Assembly (NCBI GenBank): GCA_002269645.1
Contig: NIVC01000679.1
Span: 1 to 64,000, forward strand
Direction: 5' to 3'
Length of the DNA: 64,000 nt
Source of the DNA: Macrostomum lignano
Lineage: Eukaryota
Each line of letters opens with the position of its first letter. Within the stretch, counting starts at the first letter, position 1. The position numbers were made by a program, and so were the translations under genes. This document shows positions 24,901-38,606 of this stretch, in pieces. The notes beneath the pieces are model-generated. The model was not told the DNA's origin. It ran no database searches and saw only the letters and a list, made by a program, of their open reading frames with translations.

Positions 24901-27900
24901 TGAAAGCTCTGAAGGGAGGGGCAGCAGGCACTGAAGGATCTGAGGGGAGGGGCAGCAGCCACTGAAGGATCTGAGGGGAGGGGCAGCAGGCACTGAAGGA
25001 TCTGAGGGGAGGGGCAGCAGGCACTGAAGGATCTGAAGGGAGGGGCAGCAGGCACTGAAGGATCTGAGGGGAGGGGCAGCAGGCACTGAAGGATCTGAGG
25101 GGAGGGGCAGCAGCCACTGAAAGATCTGAGGGGAGGGGCAGCAGGCACTGAAGGATCTGAGGGGAGGGGCAGCAGGCACTGAAGGATCTGAGAGGAGGGG
25201 CAGCAGGCACTGAAGGATCTGAGGGGAGGGGCAGCAGGCACTGAAGGATCTGAGGGGAGGGGCAGCAGGCACTGAAGGATCTGAGGGGAGGGGCAGCAGG
25301 CACTGAAAGATTTGAGGGGAGGGGCAGCAGTCGCTGAAGGGAAAAGGAGCAGTAGGGTACTGTAACAGCAGACTTCATTCAGCAGTTCTACACTATATCA
25401 AATAAATCAATTACGATCCATGCCCAGGCGGTAGGACTTCATTGAACTCCCCTAAAAGACGCGTGGAAGGCCTGCAACTCACCCAGTGGGTATTGTGCCG
25501 ACAATCTTGACATTGTAATTTTTCTTTAAATCCAGGAAGTAGGAAAGTATGGTGCCAAGGCTAACCTAAAATGAAAATTTTGAATGACAATGGCTCACTT
25601 GACTGACATAGTTATGGAGTAGATATAATTTTTTTAAATGGTACTCACAATGAGCAGTTCGATTGGTAGAGGCGCTTTGATCCGTTTCCTAACCTTGGGA
25701 TTCACGAGCTCCTTGGTGACGTACAGGATCACTATGGAGACAACTGCTATGCCCACCGTAACGAAGTTTGTCTCCGTGATGTTGCGCAGCAGATCAAAAT
25801 AGTGCTGCAATTTTTTTGGAAGAAAGTTATCACATTGAAGAATACTCGAGAACACGTCCGACTGATTGACTGTTATTAACACCGTTGCACTACTCGAGAC
25901 CATCAGGTGTATGTAATCATCTTAATAAAATCTTATTAGGTTTCTGCTGTTATTGTGTAATTGCAAGACAGGCAATGCATTACTGGGTGAGGTGAACCTC
26001 TTAGATCCGGGTCTAATTCTGTCCAGACTCCAATCCCGGCGGCTATGCGATGATGGAGAACTTCCATTAACTTCATAACTCGTGCCGCTCTGGATGCGAA
26101 ACGGCGCCCTGAGTTGGAACTGGGATTTTCCGGACAGATAATGGCAGCCAGATGGGGAGAGAAAGTTTGATTTACACATCTGCTTGGCTGGCCTGCACTT
26201 TGGTCCCCAGGAGAGGAAACTGATTGCTGCTTCAGCTTGAGAGCATTGGACTAAGTTGATTGATGACAAGAAAGATCCCAGCTCACCAGAGGCAGGCTGA
26301 ACACGCCGTTTCGCCTGGGCACTTTAATTCCAAGAACGTATTTGATCTGGCTGGAGAACACGTGAATCGCGACGCCCATTGTGAAGCCGGAGATCAGCGG
26401 GTCGCTAAGGTAGCGCGTTAGAAATCCGAGCCGCAGGACGCCCATAGCGAGCTGGGAAAATGATTAATAAAATATGCGGGCATTTTATGCATTTACAAGT
26501 AAATTAAACAAGCAACAAACCGAGGCTCTAAAGGTTCGAAAATTTGAGGTTCATAATGGGCTTGTTGTGTGATTAAAGTGCATGAGGGCTAACCCCAAAG
26601 GCAGACAGAGTGTACATGGCTGACGACGAAAAAGTCACCCTGTACACACTGTGTGAATGCGTGGCTGCAGTGTACATATTCTATTCGTGTGCGTGTTGTG
26701 CTCAGGGCTTAGTGGAAGGGGCATGACTGCTTGACTCCTCCCTGTCTGCGAGTCGACCGGTGTCTTATTTAGCGACAGGGTTTTACTTCTTACCAAATCG
26801 AAATATCTGCGGGGAAAATTAGCTTCGAGATGAGGCGTCGACAACGCATTCGGCAAGATTGGATTATACCGAAAAGCGTTGGATTTCTCCCATTTCCAGT
26901 TTCTATTAGATGCCAGCCAGACGAAACTTCAATACCTTGAACATCATACATTTTATAATCACCTGGATGAGGCCAACGCACAGGCAGGTAACGCAAGCCA
27001 GCGCAACCCGATTCCTGCTGACGGGGTCGGAGCTCCACTGGAACGGTGAGCCGGACCCCACCGTGCTATCGTTGCCATTCAAATCAAGCGTCAACTGCTG
27101 ACTGGCTATGGCGGTGGTTGTCTCATTGTCAAAGCTCCCAACTGCTGAGCCGAGCGTAGCTGGGAAATTCTTGCTAACCAGACCGCCAACCAGCAGAGAG
27201 ATGATGGCCACCGTGCCCATGGATACCTGGCGTGATGTGCCGAAGAAGAAGTAGATCAGCGGCGGAAAAAACGACGTGTAGAGTCCGATGTAGGGTGGCA
27301 GCTCTGCTAGGAAAGCGTAGGCCATGCCCTGGGGTATGTGCATGATGCCGACCGTCAGGCCTGTGTGGCAATTTTAGTGAGGTATTAATTAAAGATTATA
27401 ACAAAATATTTATAATGACAAAAATCTTCCCTTAGCAGTTTTCATCCCTTTTAACTTGTTCAAAGGAGTCTGTAAACAATTTCAATCTTTAATATTAACC
27501 AGGTGCGAAAATGCCGAGCACTTGACTCAGTAACGACTCAAATGGACCTCTTGTTTGGTTTAGTAAGCCTTATGGTCTGTCGGAACCTCAGTGCGCAGTT
27601 TGAGCTTGGAATTTAGCTATTGAATCAGTTCTCATTTTTTAATTGAAACCGATAAAAAAGATTGCCAATAAATCCGAAAAAATGTTTTGTTCAGCACGAT
27701 TTTTTATTTCGAATCCAATCGACCCCATTTCGTGTCGAAGCTCGGCAGTCAGAAACTGACGGGTCGGCGCGTGTTCTTTGCGAGAACAGAAAATCAATCA
27801 GTAAAAAAGTCGTCTAGAAAAATCCCAAGGCCCATCGACGTCCCGAGAATTCGCATCTGGCCCTCGGGCAAAATCAATCATTCTCGATCTGACAAATTCA

Positions 27901-29473
27901 GATTGTTCGACGAGAGAGTCAAGAAATTCCTAATCGATACGAGATCTCATTATTAAATCTATGATTTGCCACATGCGGTTAAGTAGGTGTCACTAAAAAT
28001 AGATCTTGGATCGGTATGGATTTGGCAGATTAGACTGAACGAAGTACATGGTATACTTTAGAGCCAAGGATGGGAAGAAAATTAACCGGGTAATCGAATT
28101 TTGAGCCCCTATAAGATTTTCGGTGGGAAGATAGTCTCTTGGTAAACAACAGAGAACACCGGGTTGGAGATCGTAGAGCATCAGGCTTCAAGGTTTGTAT
28201 GCCTGACTAAATCCCTTTTTGCAAGCGTAACTCGTATTTTGTTTCAACAAATTTTTTTAGGCATAAGATATTATGAATATCTGGGGCGTTAAAACCGGGT
28301 GTCAACAGTGCAGCAGTGCTAAATTGGGTATCAGAGGTTGATCAATAAGGCCCCGCATTAGGACAATCGGGTGTCAGAGGTTATCAATCAGGCCTCGCAT
28401 TAGGACAATCGGGTGTCAGAGGTGATCAGTCATGCCACCATCAGGATAATTGGGTGTCAGAGGTGATCAGTCATGCCACCATCAGGACATATGGGTGTCA
28501 GAGGTTATCAATCAGGCTTCGCATTAAGACAATTGGGTGTCATAGGTGCCAAATTGCGTCAGACGCAAAAAACGCAAAATCTGAAGTACAGACGAACAGA
28601 AAAATGCTCATCCAAACTTTATCTTACCAGAGATGAAGTCAGCCAGCAGCCAATCCCGGATGTTGTAGCGCTTGAGAATGCCGATAAATGGCAGAAAGCC
28701 TAGAAGCTGCGTCTTTGCTCTGCTGCAATTGTGGCCACTTTCGCCATCTCCATCATCGCTACGGCCGGAGCCGGCGCCGCACGTCATCAACTTCTTGGCG
28801 CTGTCCCGCAGTCTGGCCAGCAGTGGTCTCCGGACTAATCGACCGCCGTGCTTCTCGTCGAACTGCTGCTGAGTGTACACCGGCCGGATGACTCGGAAAC
28901 TCCGCTCCGTGTCCACGTCGCTGTCCGAGCTGCTGCTTTCATTGAAGTCGTTCAGCAGATCTTCGTCGCGGCCGCCTTCAAAAACTGCGCCAGCTGCGTC
29001 GCCGCCGCTTGAGAGCAGCGGCCGGTGACTCGAGGAACCGCCGCGATTTCGACGACGTTTGCGCTGCTGACGTCGCTGCTGAATGCGGCTCTCGGAGTCT
29101 TCTGCGGCCACCAGCGATGAAGAGGCAGTCTGGTCCGCCTGCTGAAGCGATACTGGAAAAATAGAAATTTGATGAGGCCTACTCCACTGCTGACGATGAT
29201 GAAAGAATTATAAACCGTGAGGTTTGGTCATTCGACAAGGTGGTGATGACCGAATCATGACTTGGTACAAGTTCGATTCCACTGGCCATTGAAAGGCGAT
29301 AGTAACTAAGGGTGACAATACCTTTGCCCATACAGTTCCTGACAGAAAAGCTTTCCAAGGTAGTGACGACGCCTTTGACAAAAAGTGACAATACCTACGT
29401 CATAGACAAGGTTCTTACCTGCCACGTGTTGACTCTTCTCCTCAGCTGAAGCATTCGATGTCGCAGGCTCCAT
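21968..29473 (-). CDS. SLC26/SulP anion transporter (prestin/SLC26A5-A6-like) with STAS domain, about 886 aa, 10 coding exons: 29473-29419, 29152-28628, 27360-26963, 26451-26287, 25804-25649, 25565-25483, 24713-24563, 24370-23906, 23416-23014, 22227-21968
   Basis: DFISGLTVGIMHIPQGMAYA, GLYTSFFP, GTSRQVSMG, GFLTRYLSDPLISGFT, SLSRSAVQDSMGGKTQ, STAS motifs VILDASTWGYIDYVG and SVHDAV. All junctions are GT-AG with consistent phases; total 2661 nt. Confidence 0.95.
24832..25335. repeat. Intronic minisatellite, 31-bp unit gcagcaggcactgaaggatctgaggggaggg
   Basis: About 16 units in SLC26 intron 6. Confidence 0.97.
26565..26775 (+). mobile_element. Dispersed repeat family B, diverged copy in an SLC26 intron
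   Basis: gattaaagtgcatgagggctaaccccaaaggcagacagagtgtacatggctgacga resembles the copies at 43340 and 59590. Confidence 0.5.
28322..28545. repeat. Intronic tandem repeat, 42-43-bp unit gggtgtcagaggttatcaatcaggcctcgcattaggacaatc
   Basis: About 5 units in SLC26 intron 2. Confidence 0.9.
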
Positions 29474-30284
29474 TTGTTTGAGAGTCTGGCAAAGGTCTGC
29501 GCGTCAAATATAAGTTCAAGAGTGAGTGAATCGGTTGCTTTTGGAACAAAGTGTACGTCGTGTATCTCTGTCTGCGTGTTTATTTAGCTTCACTTTGAAG
29601 AGTATAAAGTGCCTACAGTGTCCATACAAAGCATATTCGATTCGATTTGAGAAACTATTTAGAGAACGCACAGCCAGTGCAGCAACATGTATCGTAAGAT
29701 ATGCAAGAGCTTGTTTCTGTTAAAAATAGGAACATGCGTAAGTTCTTACCAAAATGACACTGACGACTTACTTTTAAGCACAGCAGTAGAATAGGAGCTT
29801 CCAGAGTTTTTCCAGATGTTACCCTGAAAGCACAAGAGAGCTGTGCTTTCAGTTTGGCTTGAGCAAAGGCTGCTTTTTATGGATGGCCCAGATAATTTCT
29901 CACCCTTCTCACGTCTGGCAATGGCAGGATCCCAAGGCTTGCCACCAATGAGGTGTCACCTTCTATCCCGGTTTTTGGGAAGGGAAATCGATGGAGGGTA
30001 AAAGATGGGAAATAGGGAGACTGGTTTTGCACTGGAAGGGAATGACAGGAGAGAAGTCAGGGGCAGAATGTATGCATAAGAAATTCGAGCAAGCATTGGG
30101 CATTTGTTCAGTTTACAAAGTGCAGAACGCAAAATCAACAGTGTTATGGACGTTTCAAAGTTTAAGTTGAAATAAGTCATTAAACGAATGTTAAAAGGTT
30201 TGCTTGAGATAAAGGCAAAAAGATGGATGATCACTGAGATTTGGAAGTATATGAGATACGCCTGGCAAGAGACAGAGACAGCGA

Positions 30285-32932
30285 CAAAGGGAGACAGAGA
30301 GGTTGACAGTGATAGAGACAGGGAGGGTAACAGTGATAGAGGCAGGGAGGGTGACAGTGAAAGAGACAGAGAGGGTGACAGTGATAGAGACAGGGAGGGT
30401 GACAGTGATAGAGACAGGGAGGGTGACAGTGATAGAGACAGAGGGTGACAGCGAAAAGGACAGAGAGGGTGACAGTGATAGAGACAGGGAGGGTGACAGT
30501 GATAGAGACAGGGAGGGTGACAGTGATAGAGACAGGGAGGGTGACAGCGAAAGAGACAGAAAGGGTGACAGTGATAGAGACAGGGAGGGTGACAGTGATA
30601 GAGACAGAGAGGGTGACAGTGATAGAGACAGAGAGGGTGACAGCTAAAGAGACAGGGAGGGTGACAGTGATAGAGACAGGGAGGGTGACAGTGATAGAGA
30701 CAGGGAGGGTGACATTGATAGAGACAGGGAGGGTGACAATTATAGAGACAGGGAGGGTGACAGTGATAGAGACAGGGAGGGTGACATTGATAGAGACAGG
30801 GAGGGTGACATTGATAGAAACAGGGAGGGTGACAGTTATAGAGACAGGGAGGGTGACAGTGATAGAGACAGGGAGGGTGACAGTGATAGAGACAGGGAGG
30901 GTGACAGTGATAGAGACAGGGAGGGTGACAGTGATAGAGACAGAGAGGGTGACAGTGATAGAGACAGAGAGGGTGACAGCTAAAGAGACAGGGAGGGTGA
31001 CAGTGATAGAGACAGGGAGGGTGACAGTGATAGAGACAGAAAGGGTGACAGTGATAGAGACAGAGGGTGACAGCGAAAGAGACAGAGAGGGTGAGAGTGA
31101 TAGAGACAGGGAGGGTGACAGTGATAGAGACAGGGAGGGTGACAGTGATAGAGACAGGGAGGGTGACAGTGATAGAGACAGGGAGGGTGACAGTTATAGA
31201 GACAGGGAGGGTGACAGTGATAGAGACAGGGAGGGTGACAGTGATAGAAACAGGGAGGGTGACAGTGATAGAAACAGGGAAGGTGACAGTGATAGAAACA
31301 GGGAGGGTGACAGTTATAGAGACAGGGAGGGTGACAGTGATAGAGACAGGGAGGGTGACATTGATAGAGACAGGGAGGGTGACAGTTATAGAGACAGGGA
31401 GGGTGACAGTGATAGAGACAGGGAGGGTGACAGTGATAGAGACAGGGAGGGTGACAGTGATAGAGACAGGGAGGGTGACAGCTAAAGAGACAGGGAGGGT
31501 GACAGCTAAAGAGACAGGGAGGGTGACAGTGATAGAGACAGGGAGGGTGACAGTGATAGAGACAGAAAGGGTGACAGTGATAGAGACAGGGAGGGTGACA
31601 TTGATAGAGACAGGGAGGGTGACAGTTATAGAGACAGGGAGGGTGACAGTGAAAGAGACAGAGAGGGTGACAGTGATAGAGACAGGGAGGGTGACAGTGA
31701 TAGAGACAGGGAGGGTGACAGTGATAGAGACAGAGGGTGACAGTTATAGAGACAGGGAGGGTGACAGTGATAGAGACAGGGAGGGTGACAGCGAAAGAGA
31801 CAGAAAGGGTGACAGTGATAGAGACAGGGAGGGTGACAGTGATAGAGACAGAGAGGGTGACAGTGATAGAGACAGAGAGGGTGACAGCTAAAGAGACAGG
31901 GAGGGTGACAGTGATAGAGACAGGGAGGGTGACAGTGATAGAGACAGGGAGGGTGACATTGATAGAGACAGGGAGGGTGACAATTATAGAGACAGGGAGG
32001 GTGACAGTGATAGAGACAGGGAGGGTGACATTGATAGAGACAGGGAGGGTGACAGTGATAGAGACAGGGAGGGTGACAGTGATAGAGACAGAAAGGGTGA
32101 CAGTGATAGAGACAGAGGGTGACAGCGAAAGAGACAGAGAGGGTGAGAGTGATAGAGACAGGGAGGGTGACAGTGATAGAGACAGGGAGGGTGACAGTGA
32201 TAGAGACAGGGAGGGTGACAGTGATAGAGACAGGGAGGGTGACAGTGATAGAGACAGAGAGGGTGACAGTGATAGAGACAGGGAGGGTGACAGTGATAGA
32301 AACAGGGAGGGTGACAGTGATAGAAACAGGGAAGGTGACAGTGATAGAAACAGGGAGGGTGACAGTTATAGAGACAGGGAGGGTGACAGTGATAGAGACA
32401 GGGAGGGTGACAGTGATAGAGACAGGGAGGGTGACAGTGATAGAGACAGAGAGGGTGACAGTGATAGAGACAGAGAGGGTGACAGCTAAAGAGACAGGGA
32501 GGGTGACAGTGATAGAGACAGGGAGGGTGACAGTGATAGAGACAGAAAGGGTGACAGTGATAGAGACAGAGGGTGACAGCGAAAGAGACAGAGAGGGTGA
32601 GAGTGATAGAGACAGGGAGGGTGACAGTGATAGAGACAGGGAGGGTGACAGTGATAGAGACAGGGAGGGTGACAGTGATAGAGACAGGGAGGGTGACAGT
32701 TATAGAGACAGGGAGGGTGACAGTGATAGAGACAGGGAGGGTGACAGTGATAGAAACAGGGAGGGTGACAGTGATAGAAACAGGGAAGGTGACAGTGATA
32801 GAAACAGGGAGGGTGACAGTGATAGAGACAGGGAGGGTGACAGTGATAGAAACAGGGAGGGTGACAGTGATAGAGACAGGGAGGGTGACAGTGATAGAGA
32901 CAGGGAGGGTGACAGTGATAGAGACAGAGAGT
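30285..32932. repeat. Satellite block 1, 24-bp unit gacagtgatagagacagggagggt
   Basis: About 110 units; rare variants recur at longer intervals. Confidence 0.98.
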
Positions 32933-35610
32933 GCTACAGTGAGAGAGACAGGGGGTGACAGCGGTACAGACAGAGAGTGCTACAGTGAGAGAGACAGGGG
33001 GTGACAGTGGTACAGACAGAGAGTGCTACAGTGAGAGAGACAGGGGGTGACAGTGGTACAGACAGAGAGTGCTACAGTGAGAGAGACAGGGGTGACAGCG
33101 GTACAGACAGAGAGTGCTACAGTGAGAGAGACAGGGGGTGACAGTGGTACAGACAGAGAGTGCTACAGTGAGAGAGACAGGGGGTGACAGTGGTACAGAC
33201 AGAGAGTGCTACAGTGAGAGAGACAGGGGTGACAGTGGTACAGACAGAGAGTGCTACAGTGAGAGAGACAGGGGGTGACAGTGGTACAGACAGAGAGTGC
33301 TACAGTGAGAGAGACAGGGGGTGACAGTGGTACAGACAGAGAATGCTACAGTGAGAGAGACAGGGGGTGACAGTGGTACAGACAGAGAGTGCTACAGTGA
33401 GAGAGACAGGGGGTGACAGTGGTACAGACAGAGAGTGCTACAGTGAGAGAGACAGGGGGTGACAGTGGTACAGACAGAGAGTGCTACAGTGAGAGAGACA
33501 GGGGGTGACAGTGGTACAGACAGAGAGTGCTACAGTGAGAGAGACAGGGGGTGACAGTGGTACAGACAGAGAATGCTACAGTGAGAGAGACAGGGGGTGA
33601 CAGTGGTACAGACAGAGAGTGCTACAGTGAGAGAGACAGGGGGTGACAGCGGTACAGACAGAGAGTGCTACAGTGAGAGAGACAGGGGGTGACAGTGGTA
33701 CAGACAGAGAGTGCTACAGTGAGAGAGACAGGGGGTGACAGTGGTACAGACAGAGAGTGCTACAGTGAGAGAGACAGGGGGTGACAGTGGTACAGACAGA
33801 GAGTGCTACAGTGAGAGAGACAGGGGGTGACAGCGGTACAGACAGAGAGTGCTACAGTGAGAGAGACAGGGGGTGACAGTGGTACAGACAGAGAGTGCTA
33901 CAGTGAGAGAGACAGGGGTGACAGTGGTACAGACAGAGAGTGCTACAGTGAGAGAGACAGGGGGTGACAGTGGTACAGACAGAGAGTGCTACAGTGAGAG
34001 AGACAGGGGTGACAGTGGTACAGACAGAGAGTGCTACAGTGAGAGAGACAGGGGGTGACAGTGGTACAGACAGAGAGTGCTACAGTGAGAGAGACAGGGG
34101 GTGACAGCGGTACAGACAGAGAGTGCTACAGTGAGAGAGACAGGGGGTGACAGTGGTACAGACAGAGAGTGCTACAGTGAGAGAGACAGGGGGTGACAGT
34201 GGTACAGACAGAGAGTGCTACAGTGAGAGAGACAGGGGGTGACAGCGGTACAGACAGAGAGTGCTACAGTGAGAGAGACAGGGGTGACAGTGGTACAGAC
34301 AGAGAGTGCTACAGTGAGAGAGACAGGGGGTGACAGTGGTACAGACAGAGAGTGCTACAGTGAGAGAGACAGGGGGTGACAGTGGTACAGACAGAGAGTG
34401 CTACAGTGAGAGAGACAGGGGGTGACAGTGGTACAGACAGAGAGTGCTACAGTGAGAGAGACAGGGGGTGACAGTGGTACAGACAGAGAGTGCTACAGTG
34501 AGAGAGACAGGGGGTGACAGTGGTACAGACAGAGAGTGCTACAGTGAGAGAGACAGGGGGTGACAGTGGTACAGACAGAGAGTGCTACAGTGAGAGAGAC
34601 AGGGGGTGACAGTGGTACAGACAGAGAGTGCTACAGTGAGAGAGACAGGGGGTGACAGTGGTACAGACAGAGAGTGCTACAGTGAGAGAGACAGGGGGTG
34701 ACAGCGGTACAGACAGAGAGTGCTACAGTGAGAGAGACAGGGGGTGACAGTGGTACAGACAGAGAGTGCTACAGTGAGAGAGACAGGGGGTGACAGTGGT
34801 ACAGACAGAGAGTGCTACAGTGAGAGAGACAGGGGGTGACAGCGGTACAGACAGAGAGTGCTACAGTGAGAGAGACAGGGGGTGACAGTGGTACAGACAG
34901 AGAGTGCTACAGTGAGAGAGACAGGGGGTGACAGTGGTACAGACAGAGAGTGCTACAGTGAGAGAGACAGGGGGTGACAGTGGTACAGACAGAGAGTGCT
35001 ACAGTGAGAGAGACAGGGGGTGACAGTGGTACAGACAGAGAGTGCTACAGTGAGAGAGACAGGGGTGACAGTGGTACAGACAGAGAGTGCTACAGTGAGA
35101 GAGACAGGGGGTGACAGTGGTACAGACAGAGAGTGCTACAGTGAGAGAGACAGGGGGTGACAGCGGTACAGACAGAGAGTGCTACAGTGAGAGAGACAGG
35201 GGGTGACAGTGGTACAGACAGAGAGTGCTACAGTGAGAGAGACAGGGGGTGACAGTGGTACAGACAGAGAGTGCTACAGTGAGAGAGACAGGGGGTGACA
35301 GCGGTACAGACAGAGAGTGCTACAGTGAGAGAGACAGGGGGTGACAGTGGTACAGACAGAGAGTGCTACAGTGAGAGAGACAGGGGGTGACAGCGGTACA
35401 GACAGAGAGTGCTACAGTGAGAGAGACAGGGGGTGACAGCGGTACAGACAGAGAGTGCTACAGTGAGAGAGACAGGGGGTGACAGTGGTACAGACAGAGA
35501 GTGCTACAGTGAGAGAGACAGGGGGTGACAGTGGTACAGACAGAGAGTGCTACAGTGAGAGAGACAGGGGGTGACAGCGGTACAGACAGAGAGTGCTACA
35601 GTGAGAGACA
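32933..35610. repeat. Satellite block 2, 46-bp unit gacagtggtacagacagagagtgctacagtgagagagacagggggt
   Basis: About 58 nearly identical units, contiguous with block 1. Confidence 0.98.
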
Positions 35611-36404
35611 GGAGTTGACAGTGACTCAGAGTGTTAGAGGCATAGCAAGAAAATAAACTTAAACATAGCCGGATATTGAGCAAGAATCTTGAGCATTCTG
35701 CACAGGCATATCAACTATCCATGTACTAAGCGGTATGAATTTTCACACAATTTTACTTACTTATCCTACTCAAGTGTTTGTGATTCCAAATTTGTCAATA
35801 AATTCGTCGCAGCAGTCGGTCACTGCCAAGTGCACAAACCAGGTCAGATTCACAATCTGAACGCTGGACGCTGACGGCGCGCTTCCAACGATGTGGCGGT
35901 TCCAGCTGCTTTGCCTAAAGCACAGCCTTGCAGATGCTCCCTCTCCCTCCTGCCTTCCTTCTCTGCCCCCCCTCTCTGTATCCGAATGTACAATAGCATG
36001 GCTGTACGCACTGGGTACGCTGAAAATAGCTCACTCAGTGTACGGGGTGCACCCGCGTCCCCTGGTGGGTAAATTATGCAGAATTTTGGATAGAGGCAAG
36101 AGAAGACACTTGAGAAGCATAGTAAGAAAAGTGTTTTTTTATTCAGCTCGATTTTTTTCTCCTCTCTTCCTTTTTGTTTTCTTTTCTATGTGTTCCGACA
36201 CTGCATATGTAGCCATGTGACAAAACAGACACGTGTTTCCTCTGAGTGTTTGCTGTGTGCACTGGCTGTGCTGTATGAGTAGATATGCAGATTGGCGTTC
36301 ATTTTTTAAGATATACTCAGCAACAGTCAAAAGTTCCACCCTTCAAACGAGATGAATTTTTCTCACTTATTGCGGGTGACACAACTTACAGCATGCGCGA
36401 ATCT

Positions 36405-36725
36405 TACTGCCACTTGGGGTTGTCCAGGGTGACAACGCGCCACCACACCAAGCCGATGCCGTCAGTCAACTGAAGGAACAGCTACAGCTGCGCACTCTGC
36501 GCTGGCCTTCCCGGTCCCCAGACATGAATCCCATTGAGCATGTCTGGGACTTCCTACAACGCAGCATTCGAAAAGAGAATCCACCACAGAATGTTGCGGA
36601 GCTGCGTCATGCCATTGAAAACGTTTGGAAGCAGCTTCCCCAGGACTTTTTACGACGCCTCATCCCGGGGATGCCCCGCAGAGTCGCCGCACTTCTGCGT
36701 GCGAGGGGATCCCCCACACGGGTTA
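36405..36725 (+). mobile_element. Tc1-family transposase C-terminal fragment (DD34E region), frameshifted
   Basis: QGDNA.(shift).PHQ...LRWPSRSPDMNPIEHVWDFLQRSIRKENPPQNVAELRHAIENVWKQLPQDFLRRLIPGMPRRVAALLRARG. Confidence 0.88.
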
Positions 36726-37149
36726 TCGCGATTCTAGCTGCATATTGCATAAAAATATATTTGTTATGATTTTGTGCGACTGACGTTTATTATTGATTCA
36801 ATCAACTTTCCCTTCCTCGCGGCGGCTTAGTTGCGTAACTTGAGGGTTGAATTGTGAGTGAGAAGTTGTCGCAATAAGTGAGAAAGATGTTCATATCGCT
36901 TGCAGGGTGGAACTTTTGACTGTTGCTGAGTATAGTATCAACCATCGAAGAGATTTTTCCGGTTAGTGACAGTATTTTTGTAAAGCAAATGGTAGCTATT
37001 TGCTTTATACACATGATGCTCGATTACATAATGATTACATAATGATATTATTATGGTGTCAAGGGGGTCGGCTGACCCCCCCCCCCTAGGAGAAATGATA
37101 AATCCTCGATTCGCAACTGAGGGGAACTCCTCGAGGTCCACATAGATCT

Positions 37150-37260
37150 GCGGCCTCCGTCAGAACGACCTGTTGCGCCGTCGGCGACTCCAGCTGGCAG
37201 GCTACATCATCCGCGCCGAGTTGTACTGTCCACTGCAGGTGCAGGAGGTTCTAGCGTTGT
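37150..37260 (+). mobile_element. Short RTE-type LINE fragment
   Basis: LLRRRRLQLAGYIIRAELYCPLQVQEVL matches LLSQR-LAGHVIRAEAYCPEPLQDVL at 43.9 kb. Confidence 0.7.
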
Positions 37261-37359
37261 ACTTCTGTACCAAATTCTAATTGTCTTTTTAAACCAATGG
37301 AAAAAGATTATCAGAATCTAACCTCTGAAATTTTTTAAATGCATCACGTACCTTTGAAT

Positions 37360-37629
37360 GGGCTTGTAGCCCTAGTGGTTGGAGCGTCGGACTCACGACT
37401 AAAAGGTGTCCGTAAGCGATCTGTGTCCTTGAGCAAGACACTTAACTCTGCATTGCTTCAGTTCACCCAGCTGTAAATGAGTGCCAGCATTAGCTGGGGT
37501 AATTGGGGGTGTGTGGCGACCCCCCCCCCCCCCCCAGTCCTTGACTGAACAGCCGTACGCAGCCTTCAGGCTGAGCTGTCGGTTGCACATCTAGCCTTGT
37601 CTTGGGGCAGGTGTAATCAATTATTATTA
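37360..37629 (+). mobile_element. tRNA-derived SINE, family A, copy 2 (B-box region altered)
   Basis: Homologous to 3187-3450 over the head, core and 3' end (ggcaggtgtaatcaattattatt). Confidence 0.8.
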
Positions 37630-38606
37630 ACCATCATGCTTCATGGTAAAAAAATGCAGGCCCAACTCTCGTCTATGGCCAGCGCATAAGAGTTTCTTTC
37701 CAGGAAATCCCTGAGAGCTTTTTAGCATATCCTACTTTCAGTAGCGACGACGGACATTTCTACAACGATTATAAAGTCGCGATAATTTTTGCCTTGCTTT
37801 ACACTCCAATATCAAGTTTTGGACAAACAATTTAGAAATAAACGTGTCAGTTCCCTTAATCTCAATCTCGCAGGTGAGCTACGGAAGCAGAAAGCAATAA
37901 CCTTCTCATCTTTGCTACAGGCGCACTGCCTCATTAGTAATATAGTCATCATAGCTGCACCATGGACAACAGCGATAGAAAAAATGTTAAATTTGAGTTT
38001 TTCTCTCGCGTTTTAAACAGATTAAAAATAAAGCTATTCACCTGTAATATGCGTTTCACCTGTCGCAGAGAGGAGAGAGAATCGTGAAGTGCCCTAGCGA
38101 CGGTGGAGCTGAGCTGAAATGCAAAACGGTAAGAGGATGCAGCGCTTGAAAGGTTGGTCTCATTGTTTTCCCACGCAAAATAAATCCTCACTTTTATACA
38201 CTGGCAGCACTGCTGTTGTCTCTGCAAAAGTGAAGTGAATTGTTTCGCCTGAGGGAATTTTAGCCTGTTAGCATTGAGCACAGACAGTTCAATGCTAATT
38301 CTCGAGTTCGGAAGCTGCTTCTTAAAGAGATGGCAATTGTCGAACACTTTTATCAATACCGACCAAGACCAATGATTAACAAGGATCAACTCAAGTGCCT
38401 CAGGGCAGCTTTGCCAAGCCTCCAAATTTCATCAGCACGTCGACCACACGAGTCTATATTAGCTCAGCCTTCGTTGGTCACTGGCCTTCACCCAGACGCA
38501 CATTCAACAGGTGGTACCAGCTCACTACGAACTCCCTACGAGCGTATGGCAAATTTCTCCAGTTTCGCTCATCAAGCCTTGACTGTGGGCAAACCTCAAC
38601 GGCTAA

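Noticed and set aside
24752-25378. Cys/Pro-rich ORFs inside SLC26, and similar ORFs at 47095-47577, 49705-50156 and 56608-57210
   Set aside because: Translations of intronic or intergenic tandem repeats; only the exon segments listed in the gene models are coding.
30188-34058. DREGDS- and VTVIETGR-repeat ORFs
   Set aside because: Translations of the 24-bp satellite; unit variants introduce stops and frame slips freely.
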